A stretch of DNA of 47,700 nt, taken from positions 1-47,700 of the forward strand of contig DAIUCR010000001.1 of NCBI GenBank assembly GCA_036846065.1. The letters run 5' to 3'. Below are positions 33,834 through 43,017 of this stretch, piece by piece. The notes beneath the pieces were generated by a model that was not told where the DNA came from, made no database searches, and saw only the letters and a program-made list of their open reading frames with translations. The translations under genes and the position numbers were made by a program. The DNA is from Patescibacteria group bacterium. GTDB taxonomy: Bacteria; Patescibacteriota; Minisyncoccia; Phycocordibacterales; UBA6899. Position 1 is the stretch's first letter; each line of letters starts with the position of its first letter.

Positions 33834-36341
33834 ATGGTCACCGAGGAACTATTAAATTTTGTACGCGCACAATTTATGGGGGGAATGCACCCCGACGAAA
33901 TAGAGCGTTTGTTGGTTGGCGAGGGGGGGTGGGATAAGAATGACGTCGAAGAAGCGATGACTTCGCTCGGTCTGATCACTGCTCCTTCCTCTCTGATTCC
34001 TGAAAAGCCCGCCGCTCCTTCAGTTGCCACTTCTTCTTTTCCTCCTCCCCAAGAAAAACCAGAGGAGGTTCTACCTGCCCCATCTTCGGTTGTCGTCGAA
34101 CCCGCTCCTCCCCAAGAAGTTCCTCCTCCTCTTGTTTCAGAGAATCTAGATGTAGTTCTTACTCCTGATGTAGCTCAACCAGAAACATCTTCTCCGGCAA
34201 AAAGCGAAGGGGAGGTCCATGAGGATTTTTTGGGAATTTTTGCAAACACAGAGGCATCGCCCACCCCTCAGCCCACCGTCGTTACTCCTCCTGCTGAAAT
34301 AACCCCCCCAGTTCAATCTTTCGATCTTTCGCGTGTGGTCACGACCCCTTCCGCTCCGTCACCCACTACGGCGGTTGAGGTTCAAGCGACAGCTCCCACT
34401 TTTACCACTCCGTCACCCGCAGAATCCCCAGTGGCTTCAATTGTTGTTCCTCCTTCATCTTCTCCCGTAAATCCCGCACCGGTTGATTCAGGTTTTCGCC
34501 TGAATCTTTCTGCTCTCGACAACAAAGAGAGTGTTCCTTCAGTTACGGAATCGGTCGCTCCTGCTCAAAGTGATCCCGTGTTGGGAAAAACTATTGAGAC
34601 AAAATCTGTTGCAGAAGCATGGCTTCAAGGCGCAAGAGAGTCCAAGGCGAGTACAGATGCAGACGCCCTTGCTTCCGCTCCTGGAGCAGTAAAAGAAAAC
34701 AAACCCGCAATTCATCGTACGATGGGTTCGGATATTTTGTTGCGTGGAACAGGTGCCGCAATAGCGGGCGTTCCATCACTCCTTCCTCAAGAGGAAAAAC
34801 TCGAGGAACCTCCCGTAGTCAAAGCAACACCACCAGCCCCCGAGAAACCAAAGACCCCCGTGACGCCACTTGCAGAAGATTTGATGCGTCGCAATAAAAT
34901 AAAAAAGATATTATTGATCACCATCGGAGTCATAGCTGTACTCGGCGTGCTCGCTGGAGCCGTTCTCTTCTTTATGAAGACAAAAGCTCCTGATAAGGGG
35001 ACACTTTTTGATACAGTGCTGACAAATTTCCTTGCTTCCTCTGCTTTTGCGTATAAGGGTGAGGGGATGCTTGATCTCGGTTTATCTGTTGAGACTGAAG
35101 CAGGTGCGCAAAATGGCGTAATGAAATTTGCACTTGCATATGGTGGTGCATTACAAAATACTCCAAACGGATATGGGGACGGTATTCATCGCGTGAACTT
35201 GAAGGGTGGTCTGCAGTCTGGTGAATTCATGTGGAGTACCGATATCGATACGGATATCAAGGTTGTTGGAAATATTTTGTATTTCCACGTACTTGCACTT
35301 CCGGACTCCGCAGACATGGATCCCGATGTGCTTCAAACGTATTGGATTCAGGTCAATCTTTCCGATATTGCTAAGGAGCTTGCACTTAATGGTGTTGCTG
35401 CAGCAGAAGAGGGGTATGGTAATTTTGGTGGAAGCTCTGCGGACACATCTTTTAATGCACTGATTAAGAAGTCTATGCCATTTACTGCTGGAGATCTTAT
35501 TGAGGAGCAGGGAACATCAGGTTCGGTTTTGCACTACGCACTCAAGGCGGACCCTGATCGCATGATCGAATTGGTCTCACTTCTCTCTCGTAAATACATG
35601 AATAAGGATCTTGTGCTCACGGATGAAAAGAAACTTCGCTTGAAAGATGCACTCGCCAAGATGACGGGTGATGTGTGGGTGAATAGTGAAACTGGTACTC
35701 TGATGAAGTTAACCATCTCAGGTAATTTTGATGATGAGATGTTTGATATGCACGTGAAGGGTCCAATGGCACTCTCTTTTGATTTTTCAGATTTCAATAA
35801 GGCGGTCACTACAAGTGCGCCAACGCCAGTGCTTACTCTTGAAGAATTGCAGACTCGCACCGCAGATTACAAGAAGGTAAAAGAGAAGCGTGCACGAGAT
35901 CAGGTGAAGCTTGATCGTCTCTCATTCATCAAAGATGCACTTGCGCTCTACTATGATGAAAATAAAAAATATCCCGCAACACTGACGCAACTCGAGCAAT
36001 CAGGTAAGCTCGCAACATCTTCGGTGGACAGTATCGTGTTGAAACAATATGCATATGCGGCGTATATCAAAGATGGTGTATTCACAAAGGCGGGGCGTTG
36101 TACGACAAAGGGAAAGACATGTGAATTCTATCATCTCGGTATAAATCTCGATGATGTGATGAATCCTGTTCTCGAGGGTGATATCGACCATGTTGATGAC
36201 GTGCTTGGTTCGGATGTGTCGGGATGTGCGGGCGAGACTGATGTCGCATGTTATGACATTACTCCTGCTTTTGGCCAGCCTCTGCTTATGGAAACAGTGG
36301 AGCAAGGGAGTTCCACGGCGACAACCTCTCCGGCAATGTAG
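33834..36341 (+). CDS. Large single-pass membrane/surface protein: cytoplasmic N-domain, about 330-aa Pro-rich tract, TM helix, extracytoplasmic domain, C-terminal pilin-like Cys-containing head
   Basis: TM helix ILLITIGVIAVLGVLAGAVLFF. The C-terminal ARDQVKLDRLSFIKDALALYYDENKKYPATL resembles the conserved segment following the N-terminal helix of type IV pilins/GspG. The head has two Cys pairs. Confidence 0.75.
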   Translation: MVTEELLNFVRAQFMGGMHPDEIERLLVGEGGWDKNDVEEAMTSLGLITAPSSLIPEKPAAPSVATSSFPPPQEKPEEVLPAPSSVVVEPAPPQEVPPPLVSENLDVVLTPDVAQPETSSPAKSEGEVHEDFLGIFANTEASPTPQPTVVTPPAEITPPVQSFDLSRVVTTPSAPSPTTAVEVQATAPTFTTPSPAESPVASIVVPPSSSPVNPAPVDSGFRLNLSALDNKESVPSVTESVAPAQSDPVLGKTIETKSVAEAWLQGARESKASTDADALASAPGAVKENKPAIHRTMGSDILLRGTGAAIAGVPSLLPQEEKLEEPPVVKATPPAPEKPKTPVTPLAEDLMRRNKIKKILLITIGVIAVLGVLAGAVLFFMKTKAPDKGTLFDTVLTNFLASSAFAYKGEGMLDLGLSVETEAGAQNGVMKFALAYGGALQNTPNGYGDGIHRVNLKGGLQSGEFMWSTDIDTDIKVVGNILYFHVLALPDSADMDPDVLQTYWIQVNLSDIAKELALNGVAAAEEGYGNFGGSSADTSFNALIKKSMPFTAGDLIEEQGTSGSVLHYALKADPDRMIELVSLLSRKYMNKDLVLTDEKKLRLKDALAKMTGDVWVNSETGTLMKLTISGNFDDEMFDMHVKGPMALSFDFSDFNKAVTTSAPTPVLTLEELQTRTADYKKVKEKRARDQVKLDRLSFIKDALALYYDENKKYPATLTQLEQSGKLATSSVDSIVLKQYAYAAYIKDGVFTKAGRCTTKGKTCEFYHLGINLDDVMNPVLEGDIDHVDDVLGSDVSGCAGETDVACYDITPAFGQPLLMETVEQGSSTATTSPAM

Positions 36342-36386
36342 TTCTGGTTCTTACCTTATTTTGAACTGATGATCTTGGGGTGAAGT

Positions 36387-36416
36387 TTGCCTATTGCCGC
36401 GCTTTCGTGTTAAATA
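36387..36416 (+). promoter_or_regulatory. Promoter abutting mreB (copy 1) start (TTGCCT-18-TGtTAAATA, 8 nt to ATG)
   Basis: -35 at 36387-36392, extended -10 at 36408-36416, and ATG at 36425. Confidence 0.45.
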
Positions 36417-36424
36417 AACCCCAC

Positions 36425-37438
36425 ATGGCACTATTTACGAGAAAGCTTGGAATTGACCTCGGAACAGCAAACACGCTTGTGTATGTTCCTGGTCGCGGTA
36501 TCGTTTTGAATGAGCCATCGGTGGTCGCGGTTTCGGAGCGTGATAATCGCATTCTTGCTGTTGGTATCGAAGCAAAAGAAATGGTCGGACGAACTCCTGA
36601 CGATATCATTGCGTATCGTCCGATGCGTGATGGCGTTATTGCGGATTATCGTGTTACTGAAGCGATGCTCCGATATTTCATTACGAAAGCGATCGGAAGG
36701 TGGAATATCGTGAAGCCTGAAGTGATGGTCTCTGTCCCTGCGGGAGTGAGTTCGACAGAACGTCGCGCGGTCATTGAGGCTGCGATGCGTGCAGGTGCAA
36801 AGAACGCATACGTCGTGAAAGAGCCTATTCTCGCCGCTATCGGTGCGGGTATTCCTATCTATGAAGCACGGGGACACATGATCGTTGATATCGGAGGTGG
36901 AACCACTGACGTTGCAGTGATCTCTCTTGGGGGAATCGTTGCATCAACATCAGTAAAATGTGCAGGGAATCGCGTTGACCAAGCTATCGCAGACTACATC
37001 AAGAAAACATTCAATCTTGCGATCGGAGATAAGACCGCAGAGGACATCAAGATAAAGATCGCTTCTGCAATTCCTCTTGAGGAAGAGCTTACGATGGTGA
37101 TCAAGGGGCGTGATTTCATTGCCGGACTTCCTCGTTCAGTAACTGTTTCGACCAATGAAATAGTGAAGGCTATCGACAAGGAGCTTCGTGAAATGATCAA
37201 GGCGATCAAGGATGTTTTGCAGGAGACTCCACCGGAACTTTCCGCGGATATCATTGATCAGGGCATCATCATGACCGGAGGATCTTCGCAGTTACGTAAC
37301 CTTCCAGAGCTTGTCGCGCGACGGACTGGCGTGAAGGCTATCTTGGCCGACGACGCACTCTATTGTGTTGTAAAGGGAACAGGTGTTGCTCTTGAGCATC
37401 TTGATACATATAAGAAATCGATCATCTCTAAGCGTTAA
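36425..37438 (+). CDS. mreB: Rod shape-determining protein MreB (copy 1, stand-alone)
   Basis: LGIDLGTANTLVY, DIGGGTTDVAV and the actin-fold phosphate motifs. The longer ORF starts at GTG 36380. Confidence 0.9.
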   Translation: MALFTRKLGIDLGTANTLVYVPGRGIVLNEPSVVAVSERDNRILAVGIEAKEMVGRTPDDIIAYRPMRDGVIADYRVTEAMLRYFITKAIGRWNIVKPEVMVSVPAGVSSTERRAVIEAAMRAGAKNAYVVKEPILAAIGAGIPIYEARGHMIVDIGGGTTDVAVISLGGIVASTSVKCAGNRVDQAIADYIKKTFNLAIGDKTAEDIKIKIASAIPLEEELTMVIKGRDFIAGLPRSVTVSTNEIVKAIDKELREMIKAIKDVLQETPPELSADIIDQGIIMTGGSSQLRNLPELVARRTGVKAILADDALYCVVKGTGVALEHLDTYKKSIISKR

Positions 37439-37442
37439 AATG

Positions 37443-37469
37443 AAAACCCGCCATCACGGCGGGTTTTTG
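37443..37469. terminator. Bidirectional intrinsic terminator
   Basis: Stem AAACCCGCC / GGCGGGTTT with loop ATCAC, followed by a T-run. Confidence 0.85.
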
Positions 37470-37895
37470 TTACTGCTTTGTTTTTGCGAATGATACGTTC
37501 GCGCGTCGATCTTGATAGTGTGAAAGAAGTTGAATAAGCACGGAATAATCTTTTTTGAATACATTCACGTCTTCGTATGGCCTCACGATCGTTGCGGGGC
37601 TTGTGAACAAAAGGATGATCGCATGATGGCCTTGATGCTTTTCGGCTTTGACCATACGCAAGTGTTTCACTCTTACAAAGGTGTTTCCGATCTGGACGAA
37701 TGGTACTGGTGGAGTTTCTGATAGTTCATTCCAGAGCAGTCCGCGCTCAGCTTCATCTCGGAATTTAAGACCGAAAACTATTCCATCAGTGCAAGAAATA
37801 TCCATGCCGATTATTCCATCGCTATTATCTTTTGCAATGAACTCAACATCTTCAACGGTGTGCTTGATCTGATCGAGTATGCTTTCAACATACAT
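37470..37895 (-). CDS. Hypothetical protein (141 aa)
   Basis: Long ORF between a terminator and a divergent promoter region. No family recognised. Confidence 0.55.
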   Translation of the reverse strand: MYVESILDQIKHTVEDVEFIAKDNSDGIIGMDISCTDGIVFGLKFRDEAERGLLWNELSETPPVPFVQIGNTFVRVKHLRMVKAEKHQGHHAIILLFTSPATIVRPYEDVNVFKKDYSVLIQLLSHYQDRRANVSFAKTKQ

Positions 37896-37991
37896 GCGTG
37901 CCTCCCGCCTCCGAGGATGGTCTTTTTTGAGTATCTCGCATTACGTTTTTTTGTCAAAGGCGAATTTTAAAAGAGCTGATATACTATCCAC

Positions 37992-38699
37992 ATGAAACCG
38001 AAACTGGACATAACCGCAGAGAATCTTCATCATGCCTACCTCATCGAATCTGCCGCGGATGAAGGCGTCTCCTTGGTCATCGAGATGCTTTCGGGTATCG
38101 GCATCGAGAGTCGAGGAAATCCTGATTTTCATCATTATACATACGACACCCTTTTGATCGCTGATGCACTCGCGCTCCGCACTGAACAGTCATTTCATGG
38201 TAGCGAGGGTGCTCGAAAGATATTTGTCATAACCTTTAATACGATATTGAGTGAGGCGCAGAATGCGCTCCTCAAGACGCTCGAAGAGCCAACTGCGGGA
38301 ACGCACTTCTTCTTTATTACGAAGACCCCCGAGGCGCTTCTTCCGACCGTTCGCTCGCGTATGCAGATGATACGCATGAAGAGAAAAGAGGAGAGTGATG
38401 TTACATCGGAAGATGTCTCTGTGCGTGCATTCGTCGAGGGTGATCTTGCGGAGCGCATGGAGATCATTACTCCGCTTACAAAGGCAAAGGCCGATGAAAA
38501 ACCTCAGGCAAAAGAGGACGCGCGTCTGTTCCTTGAATCTCTGGAGCGTGTGCTTTATCAGAAGCTCCAGAAAGACCAAGGTGTCGCGCATGCGCTTGAG
38601 TACGTGCTTGAAGCCCGCCGTGCCCTATCGGAGCGTTCACCGTCACTCAAAGTTCTCCTTGAGCACATCGCTCTCCTTTGCCCCCGCATGGGGAAATAA
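37992..38699 (+). CDS. holB: DNA polymerase III delta' subunit-like protein (short, no Walker A)
   Basis: HAYLI near the N-terminus and the clamp-loader sensor region AQNALLKTLEEP...FFFIT. An extended -10 (TGaTATACT, 37977-37985) lies 6 nt before the ATG. Confidence 0.7.
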   Translation: MKPKLDITAENLHHAYLIESAADEGVSLVIEMLSGIGIESRGNPDFHHYTYDTLLIADALALRTEQSFHGSEGARKIFVITFNTILSEAQNALLKTLEEPTAGTHFFFITKTPEALLPTVRSRMQMIRMKRKEESDVTSEDVSVRAFVEGDLAERMEIITPLTKAKADEKPQAKEDARLFLESLERVLYQKLQKDQGVAHALEYVLEARRALSERSPSLKVLLEHIALLCPRMGK

Positions 38700-38763
38700 T
38701 GTTCCCTACATTATTCATTCATATTGAAGTTGTTCGAGTGTTTTGTTAAGATACGAGTCATCT

Positions 38764-39315
38764 ATGACATACAACTTTTCAGAATTTAATACCCGCGTGA
38801 ACGGCATCGAAGAATGGCTCAAAAAGGAGTTCTCGCTTTTACGTACCGGTCGCGCCACCTCAGCGATCCTTGATTCGATCACGGTCGAATCATATGGATC
38901 ACAGACGCCGATAGCACATGTTGCGAGTATTTCAATGGAGGACCCTCGTACGCTTCGTGTCGCTCCTTGGGATAAAACACAGGTAAAGGCCATCGAAGGC
39001 GCGATACAAAAAGCAAATATCGGATTGTCAGTCACTTCAGACGAAGGAGGACTTCGTGTGATATTTCCCGAGCTTACGGGCGATCGTCGTTTGCAGATCA
39101 TCAAATTGCTTAAAGATAAATTTGAGGACGCGCGCATATCTCTTCGCAAAGAGCGCGAAGAGGTCTTGAACGATTTCAAGCGACAAGAAAAAGAGGGGAC
39201 GATGTCTGAGGATGAACACTTCAAGGCAAAAGAAGAATTACAGAAACTTGTCGATGAGGCCAATCGAAAATTCGAAGGACTTGCTGAGCATAAGGAGCGC
39301 GAGATCAACTCATAG
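38764..39315 (+). CDS. frr: Ribosome recycling factor
   Basis: LLRTGRATSAILDSITVESYGSQTPI...VAPWDK...IEGAIQKANIGL is a typical RRF pattern. An extended -10 (TGtTAAGAT) lies 11 nt before ATG 38764; the longer ORF starts at TTG 38743. Confidence 0.9.
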   Translation: MTYNFSEFNTRVNGIEEWLKKEFSLLRTGRATSAILDSITVESYGSQTPIAHVASISMEDPRTLRVAPWDKTQVKAIEGAIQKANIGLSVTSDEGGLRVIFPELTGDRRLQIIKLLKDKFEDARISLRKEREEVLNDFKRQEKEGTMSEDEHFKAKEELQKLVDEANRKFEGLAEHKEREINS

Positions 39316-39399
39316 TAATAATAAAAATGGCCATTTGGGCAATTTTGCGTACGGAACAACTTTTTCGTTTTCTCGCGTTTCTGGGGTAATATTATTCTT

Positions 39400-40494
39400 A
39401 TGTCTATTTTACTTTTCTTTGTTGTTATTCTCCTTCTTGTCTTAGTGCACGAGTTTGGGCATTTTATTATCGCAAAGCGTGCAGGTATTCGTGTTGATGA
39501 ATTCGCATTTGGATTTCCTCCAAAACTCTGGAAAAAGAAATGGGGCGAAACAACATATTCATTCAACGCACTTCCGCTCGGAGGGTATGTGAAGATCTAT
39601 GGTGAAAATCCTGACGAAGTGTCCGAGAGTGTCGACAAAAAACGCAGCTTCACACATCAGTCGAAATGGATACAGGGATTCGTGATCACGGGCGGAGTCA
39701 TCTTCAATCTTCTTCTCGCATGGTTCCTTATTGCGGGAACGCTCATGATCGGTGTTCCTGCATCTGCTGACATGGCGGAAGAAGGCTATGTTATTCAGGA
39801 TCAGCGCCTTATGATCACAGGCGTTCACGAAAAAAGTCCCGCTCAAATATCGGGCGTGCGATCAGGTGACACACTTCTTCAGATAAGTGATGGGAGTAGT
39901 GTCATCATGTCGATATCTCCGGAATCGGTCATGGAGTTCGTTGATGCACGTGAGGGGCGCTCATTAATTTTTACCTTCCTGCGCAATGATATTCCTCAGC
40001 AGATGACGATAACTCCAGTTTCAGGAATCGTTCCTGATCATGCCGCTATTGGTATTTACATGGACATGGTCGGTACGCTGCAATTACCATTCCATGTTGC
40101 ATTATGGGAGGGTTTGAAAAAGACCTATCAATATACCGAACTTACTGCGGTTGGCATTGCGCAGTTTCTTTCAAATGCAGTGACGGGGGATTCTGATTTT
40201 TCTCAAGTGACTGGTCCGGTCGGTATTGTGAATGCGGTTGGTGACGCTGCGGATTCTGGACTGACAAACCTCCTTCTTTTTACGGCACTTATTTCCATCA
40301 ACCTTGCAGTCATTAATGTGCTTCCTTTTCCTGCGCTTGATGGAGGAAGACTGTTGTTCATTGTTATTGAGGGTATCACAAGAAAACAGATAAAAACACA
40401 GGTTGCGAATGCATTTAATGTTGTTGGTTTTGCGCTTCTCATGCTTCTTATGGTCGTCGTGACATATCACGACATTGCGAAACTTGTAGATTAA
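39400..40494 (+). CDS. rseP: RIP metalloprotease RseP (M50 site-2 protease)
   Basis: HEFGHF (HExxH), a central PDZ-like region, and NVLPFPALDGG. TAATAT at 39387-39392 lies 7 nt before the ATG. Confidence 0.9.
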   Translation: MSILLFFVVILLLVLVHEFGHFIIAKRAGIRVDEFAFGFPPKLWKKKWGETTYSFNALPLGGYVKIYGENPDEVSESVDKKRSFTHQSKWIQGFVITGGVIFNLLLAWFLIAGTLMIGVPASADMAEEGYVIQDQRLMITGVHEKSPAQISGVRSGDTLLQISDGSSVIMSISPESVMEFVDAREGRSLIFTFLRNDIPQQMTITPVSGIVPDHAAIGIYMDMVGTLQLPFHVALWEGLKKTYQYTELTAVGIAQFLSNAVTGDSDFSQVTGPVGIVNAVGDAADSGLTNLLLFTALISINLAVINVLPFPALDGGRLLFIVIEGITRKQIKTQVANAFNVVGFALLMLLMVVVTYHDIAKLVD

Positions 40495-40511
40495 CGAGAC
40501 TCTTCGTTGGC

Positions 40512-40548
40512 AACAAAGATCCACCTTTAATGAGGGTGGATCTTTGTT
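40512..40548 (+). terminator. Long hairpin after rseP (probable terminator)
   Basis: 14-bp stem AACAAAGATCCACC / GGTGGATCTTTGTT with a 9-nt loop. The 3' arm is T-rich. Confidence 0.55.
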
Positions 40549-40554
40549 ATGGAT

Positions 40555-40583
40555 TTGGCGCGACAATATTTTTTGTGTAAGAT
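40555..40583 (+). promoter_or_regulatory. Promoter abutting proS start (TTGGCG-17-TAAGAT, 11 nt to ATG 40595)
   Basis: -35 at 40555-40560 and -10 at 40578-40583, with no SD. Confidence 0.45.
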
Positions 40584-40594
40584 TACGGACACAT

Positions 40595-41839
40595 ATGCTT
40601 CAGTCAAAACTATTTACCAAAACTCGCCGTGAGGCGCCGAAAGATGAGGTTGCAAAGAATGCGCAGTTGCTTATTCGTGCAGGATATATCGATAAACTTG
40701 CCGCGGGCGTCTACACATATCTGCCGCTTGGTTTTCGCGTCCTCAAAAAGATCGAAGACATCATCCGCAAAGAAATGAACAGCGTTGGTGGTCAGGAAAT
40801 CTTTATGCCATCTTTTCATCCCAAAGAGCTCTGGGAAAAAACGGGTCGCTGGAATACGATGGATGACCTCTATAAAGTAAGCGATAGCTCTGGTCGTGAA
40901 GTTGCGCTTGGTCCAACACACGAAGAGGTGGTGACTCCGCTTGTGGGTACATTCATTTCTTCATACCGCGATCTTCCTGCGTATGTCTATCAGTTTCAAA
41001 ATAAATTCCGCATGGAACTTCGCGCGAAGTCGGGCATACTCCGTGGGCGCGAGTTCATCATGAAGGATTTCTACTCTTTTCATCGTGATGAAAAGGACCT
41101 TGCCGACTATTACGAAAAAATGAAGAAAGCGTACGAGCGCGTATTTGAGGCTATTGGTATCGGCCCAACAACCTATCTGACGTACGCGTCAGGTGGGAGT
41201 TTCTCGAAGTATTCGCACGAGTTTCAGATGTTGACCGATGTGGGTGAAGATATCATCTTCATCTGCGATAAATGTCGTATTGCGATCAATAAGGAAATAA
41301 AAGCAGATCAACCAAATTGCCCGTCATGTAATAACACTGAGCTTCGTGAAGAGAAGGCCATCGAAGTAGGAAACATTTTCGAGCTGAAGACAAAATTCTC
41401 AGGCGCATTTGGCATCACATACAAAGACGAAACAGGAAACCCGCAGCCCGTGCAGATGGGTTGCTATGGTATCGGACTTGGGCGTGTCATGGGTTCTGTT
41501 GTGGAGGCCTATGCTGATGAGAAGGGTATTGTGTGGCCTGAGGCTATTGCGCCATTCCAGTTTCACTTGCTCAATTTAAGTGCTGATGATGAAGAGGTGA
41601 ATAGTGCTGCGCTTTCTCTCTACAATGAACTGACGACAAAAGGCGCCGAAGTGCTCTATGACGACCGTAAGGGTGTTTCCGCAGGGGAGAAGTTCAAGGA
41701 CAGTGATCTTCTCGGAATTCCCGTGCGCATTGTTATTTCAAAAAAGATGATCATGCAGGAAAAACTTGAGCTCAAGGGTCGCACTGATGTCGAATCACGC
41801 CTCATCTCAAAGGAGGAGTTATTCGCACTTTTGAAGTAG
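40595..41839 (+). CDS. proS: Prolyl-tRNA synthetase, bacterial-type but lacking the INS editing domain
   Basis: The N-terminus MLQSKLFTKTRREAPKDE...LIRAGYIDKLAAGVYTYLPLG parallels E. coli ProRS. Class II motifs 2 and 3 are present. It is 414 aa, with a CxxC...CxxC insert where INS normally sits. Confidence 0.9.
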   Translation: MLQSKLFTKTRREAPKDEVAKNAQLLIRAGYIDKLAAGVYTYLPLGFRVLKKIEDIIRKEMNSVGGQEIFMPSFHPKELWEKTGRWNTMDDLYKVSDSSGREVALGPTHEEVVTPLVGTFISSYRDLPAYVYQFQNKFRMELRAKSGILRGREFIMKDFYSFHRDEKDLADYYEKMKKAYERVFEAIGIGPTTYLTYASGGSFSKYSHEFQMLTDVGEDIIFICDKCRIAINKEIKADQPNCPSCNNTELREEKAIEVGNIFELKTKFSGAFGITYKDETGNPQPVQMGCYGIGLGRVMGSVVEAYADEKGIVWPEAIAPFQFHLLNLSADDEEVNSAALSLYNELTTKGAEVLYDDRKGVSAGEKFKDSDLLGIPVRIVISKKMIMQEKLELKGRTDVESRLISKEELFALLK

Positions 41840-41865
41840 AAGATCCCGAACTCAGAAAAAACAGT

Positions 41866-41901
41866 AAAAGCCGAGAAGGGTGCATCTTCTCGGCTTTTTT
41901 C
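41866..41901 (+). terminator. Intrinsic terminator
   Basis: Stem AGCCGAGAAG / CTTCTCGGCT with a 7-nt loop, followed by TTTTTT. Confidence 0.85.
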
Positions 41902-41929
41902 TCTAGATCTTCCATTATAAGCTCTTTTT

Positions 41930-41958
41930 TTGACTATCTACCTTACTTCCTCTAGAAT
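41930..41958 (+). promoter_or_regulatory. Promoter abutting mreB (copy 2) start (TTGACT-17-TAGAAT, 9 nt to ATG 41968)
   Basis: -35 at 41930-41935 and -10 at 41953-41958, with no SD. Confidence 0.6.
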
Positions 41959-41967
41959 GTGGAAACG

Positions 41968-43017
41968 ATGTTAGACCGATTCTACAGAATGGTGGGCAGT
42001 GATATAGGTATCGACTTGGGGACCGCAAATACCCTTGTGTATCTTCGTGACCACGGAATCATCATTGATGAGCCTTCTGTTGTGGCACTCAACCAGAAGA
42101 CGAACCGCGTGGTTGCGGTAGGTATGGACGCAAAGCAGATGCTCGGTCGCACTCCAGGGCATATCACCGCCATTCGTCCACTCGTAGATGGAGTCATTTC
42201 AGACTTTGAGGTGACCGAAGAGATGCTTGCGCATTTCATCAATAAGGCACAGAAGATGTCCAAGAAGCAGGGTCGCCCTCGTGTGGTTATCGGAGTACCT
42301 TCAAGTATTACGAATGTTGAGACACGCGCGGTACGCGATGCTGCGATGAATGCGGGTGCACGAGAAGTGTATATTGTTGAGGAGCCGATGGCTGCCGCTA
42401 TCGGTATCAGGCTTCCGGTCAAAGAGCCCATCGGTTCGATGATCATCGATATTGGCGGGGGAACGACCGATATCGCGGTCATCTCTCTTGGCGGTATTGT
42501 GAACTCAAAGAATTTAAAGATTGCCGGCGATCGTTTCAATGAAGATATCATTTCCTATATTCGTGATGAATTCAAGATACTTATCGGTGAGCGCACCGCA
42601 GAAAATATCAAGGTTGCTATTGGTACTGCGATGAAGCCCGAAGAGGCGCGCGAGACTTCCATCCGTGGACGTGATCTTCTTACGGGATTACCACGCGAAG
42701 TGATCGTTACCGACTCAGATATTCGCGAAGCGCTCGGTGCCTCGATACAAGTCCTTGTTGATTCGACAAAAGAAGTACTTGAGGCCACTCCTCCTGAGAT
42801 ACTTTCTGACGTCATGAATCGCGGTATCGTACTTGTGGGTGGTGGGGCACTCATCTATGGATTACCAGAGCTTCTTGCTCAGACATTAAAACTTCCCGTC
42901 ACCACCGCAGACGATCCACTTACTGCAGTTGCGCGTGGAACAGGTATCGTTATTGAAAATATAGATGAATTTCGCGAGGTCCTAATTGAACATGATAACG
43001 AGCTTCCGCCACGATAA
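41968..43017 (+). CDS. mreB: Rod shape-determining protein MreB (copy 2, heads the mreBCD-PBP2 operon)
   Basis: IGIDLGTANTLVY, DIGGGTTDIAV and GIVLVGGGA. The longer ORF starts at GTG 41959. Confidence 0.9.
   Translation: MLDRFYRMVGSDIGIDLGTANTLVYLRDHGIIIDEPSVVALNQKTNRVVAVGMDAKQMLGRTPGHITAIRPLVDGVISDFEVTEEMLAHFINKAQKMSKKQGRPRVVIGVPSSITNVETRAVRDAAMNAGAREVYIVEEPMAAAIGIRLPVKEPIGSMIIDIGGGTTDIAVISLGGIVNSKNLKIAGDRFNEDIISYIRDEFKILIGERTAENIKVAIGTAMKPEEARETSIRGRDLLTGLPREVIVTDSDIREALGASIQVLVDSTKEVLEATPPEILSDVMNRGIVLVGGGALIYGLPELLAQTLKLPVTTADDPLTAVARGTGIVIENIDEFREVLIEHDNELPPR

Noticed and set aside
38715-39566. 283-aa ORF antisense to frr and the rseP 5' end
   Set aside because: It lies opposite two confidently identified genes and crosses their intergenic gap. 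The translation is low-complexity Ser/Arg-rich with no motifs.
40495-40594. T-box riboswitch upstream of proS (AATGAGGGTGGAT resembles the T-box AAT.AGGGTGG core)
   Set aside because: Only about 100 nt are available, and no Stem I or specifier region is possible without invading rseP. The motif forms the 3' arm of a simple 14-bp hairpin that looks like the rseP terminator. A proS promoter lies downstream of it.
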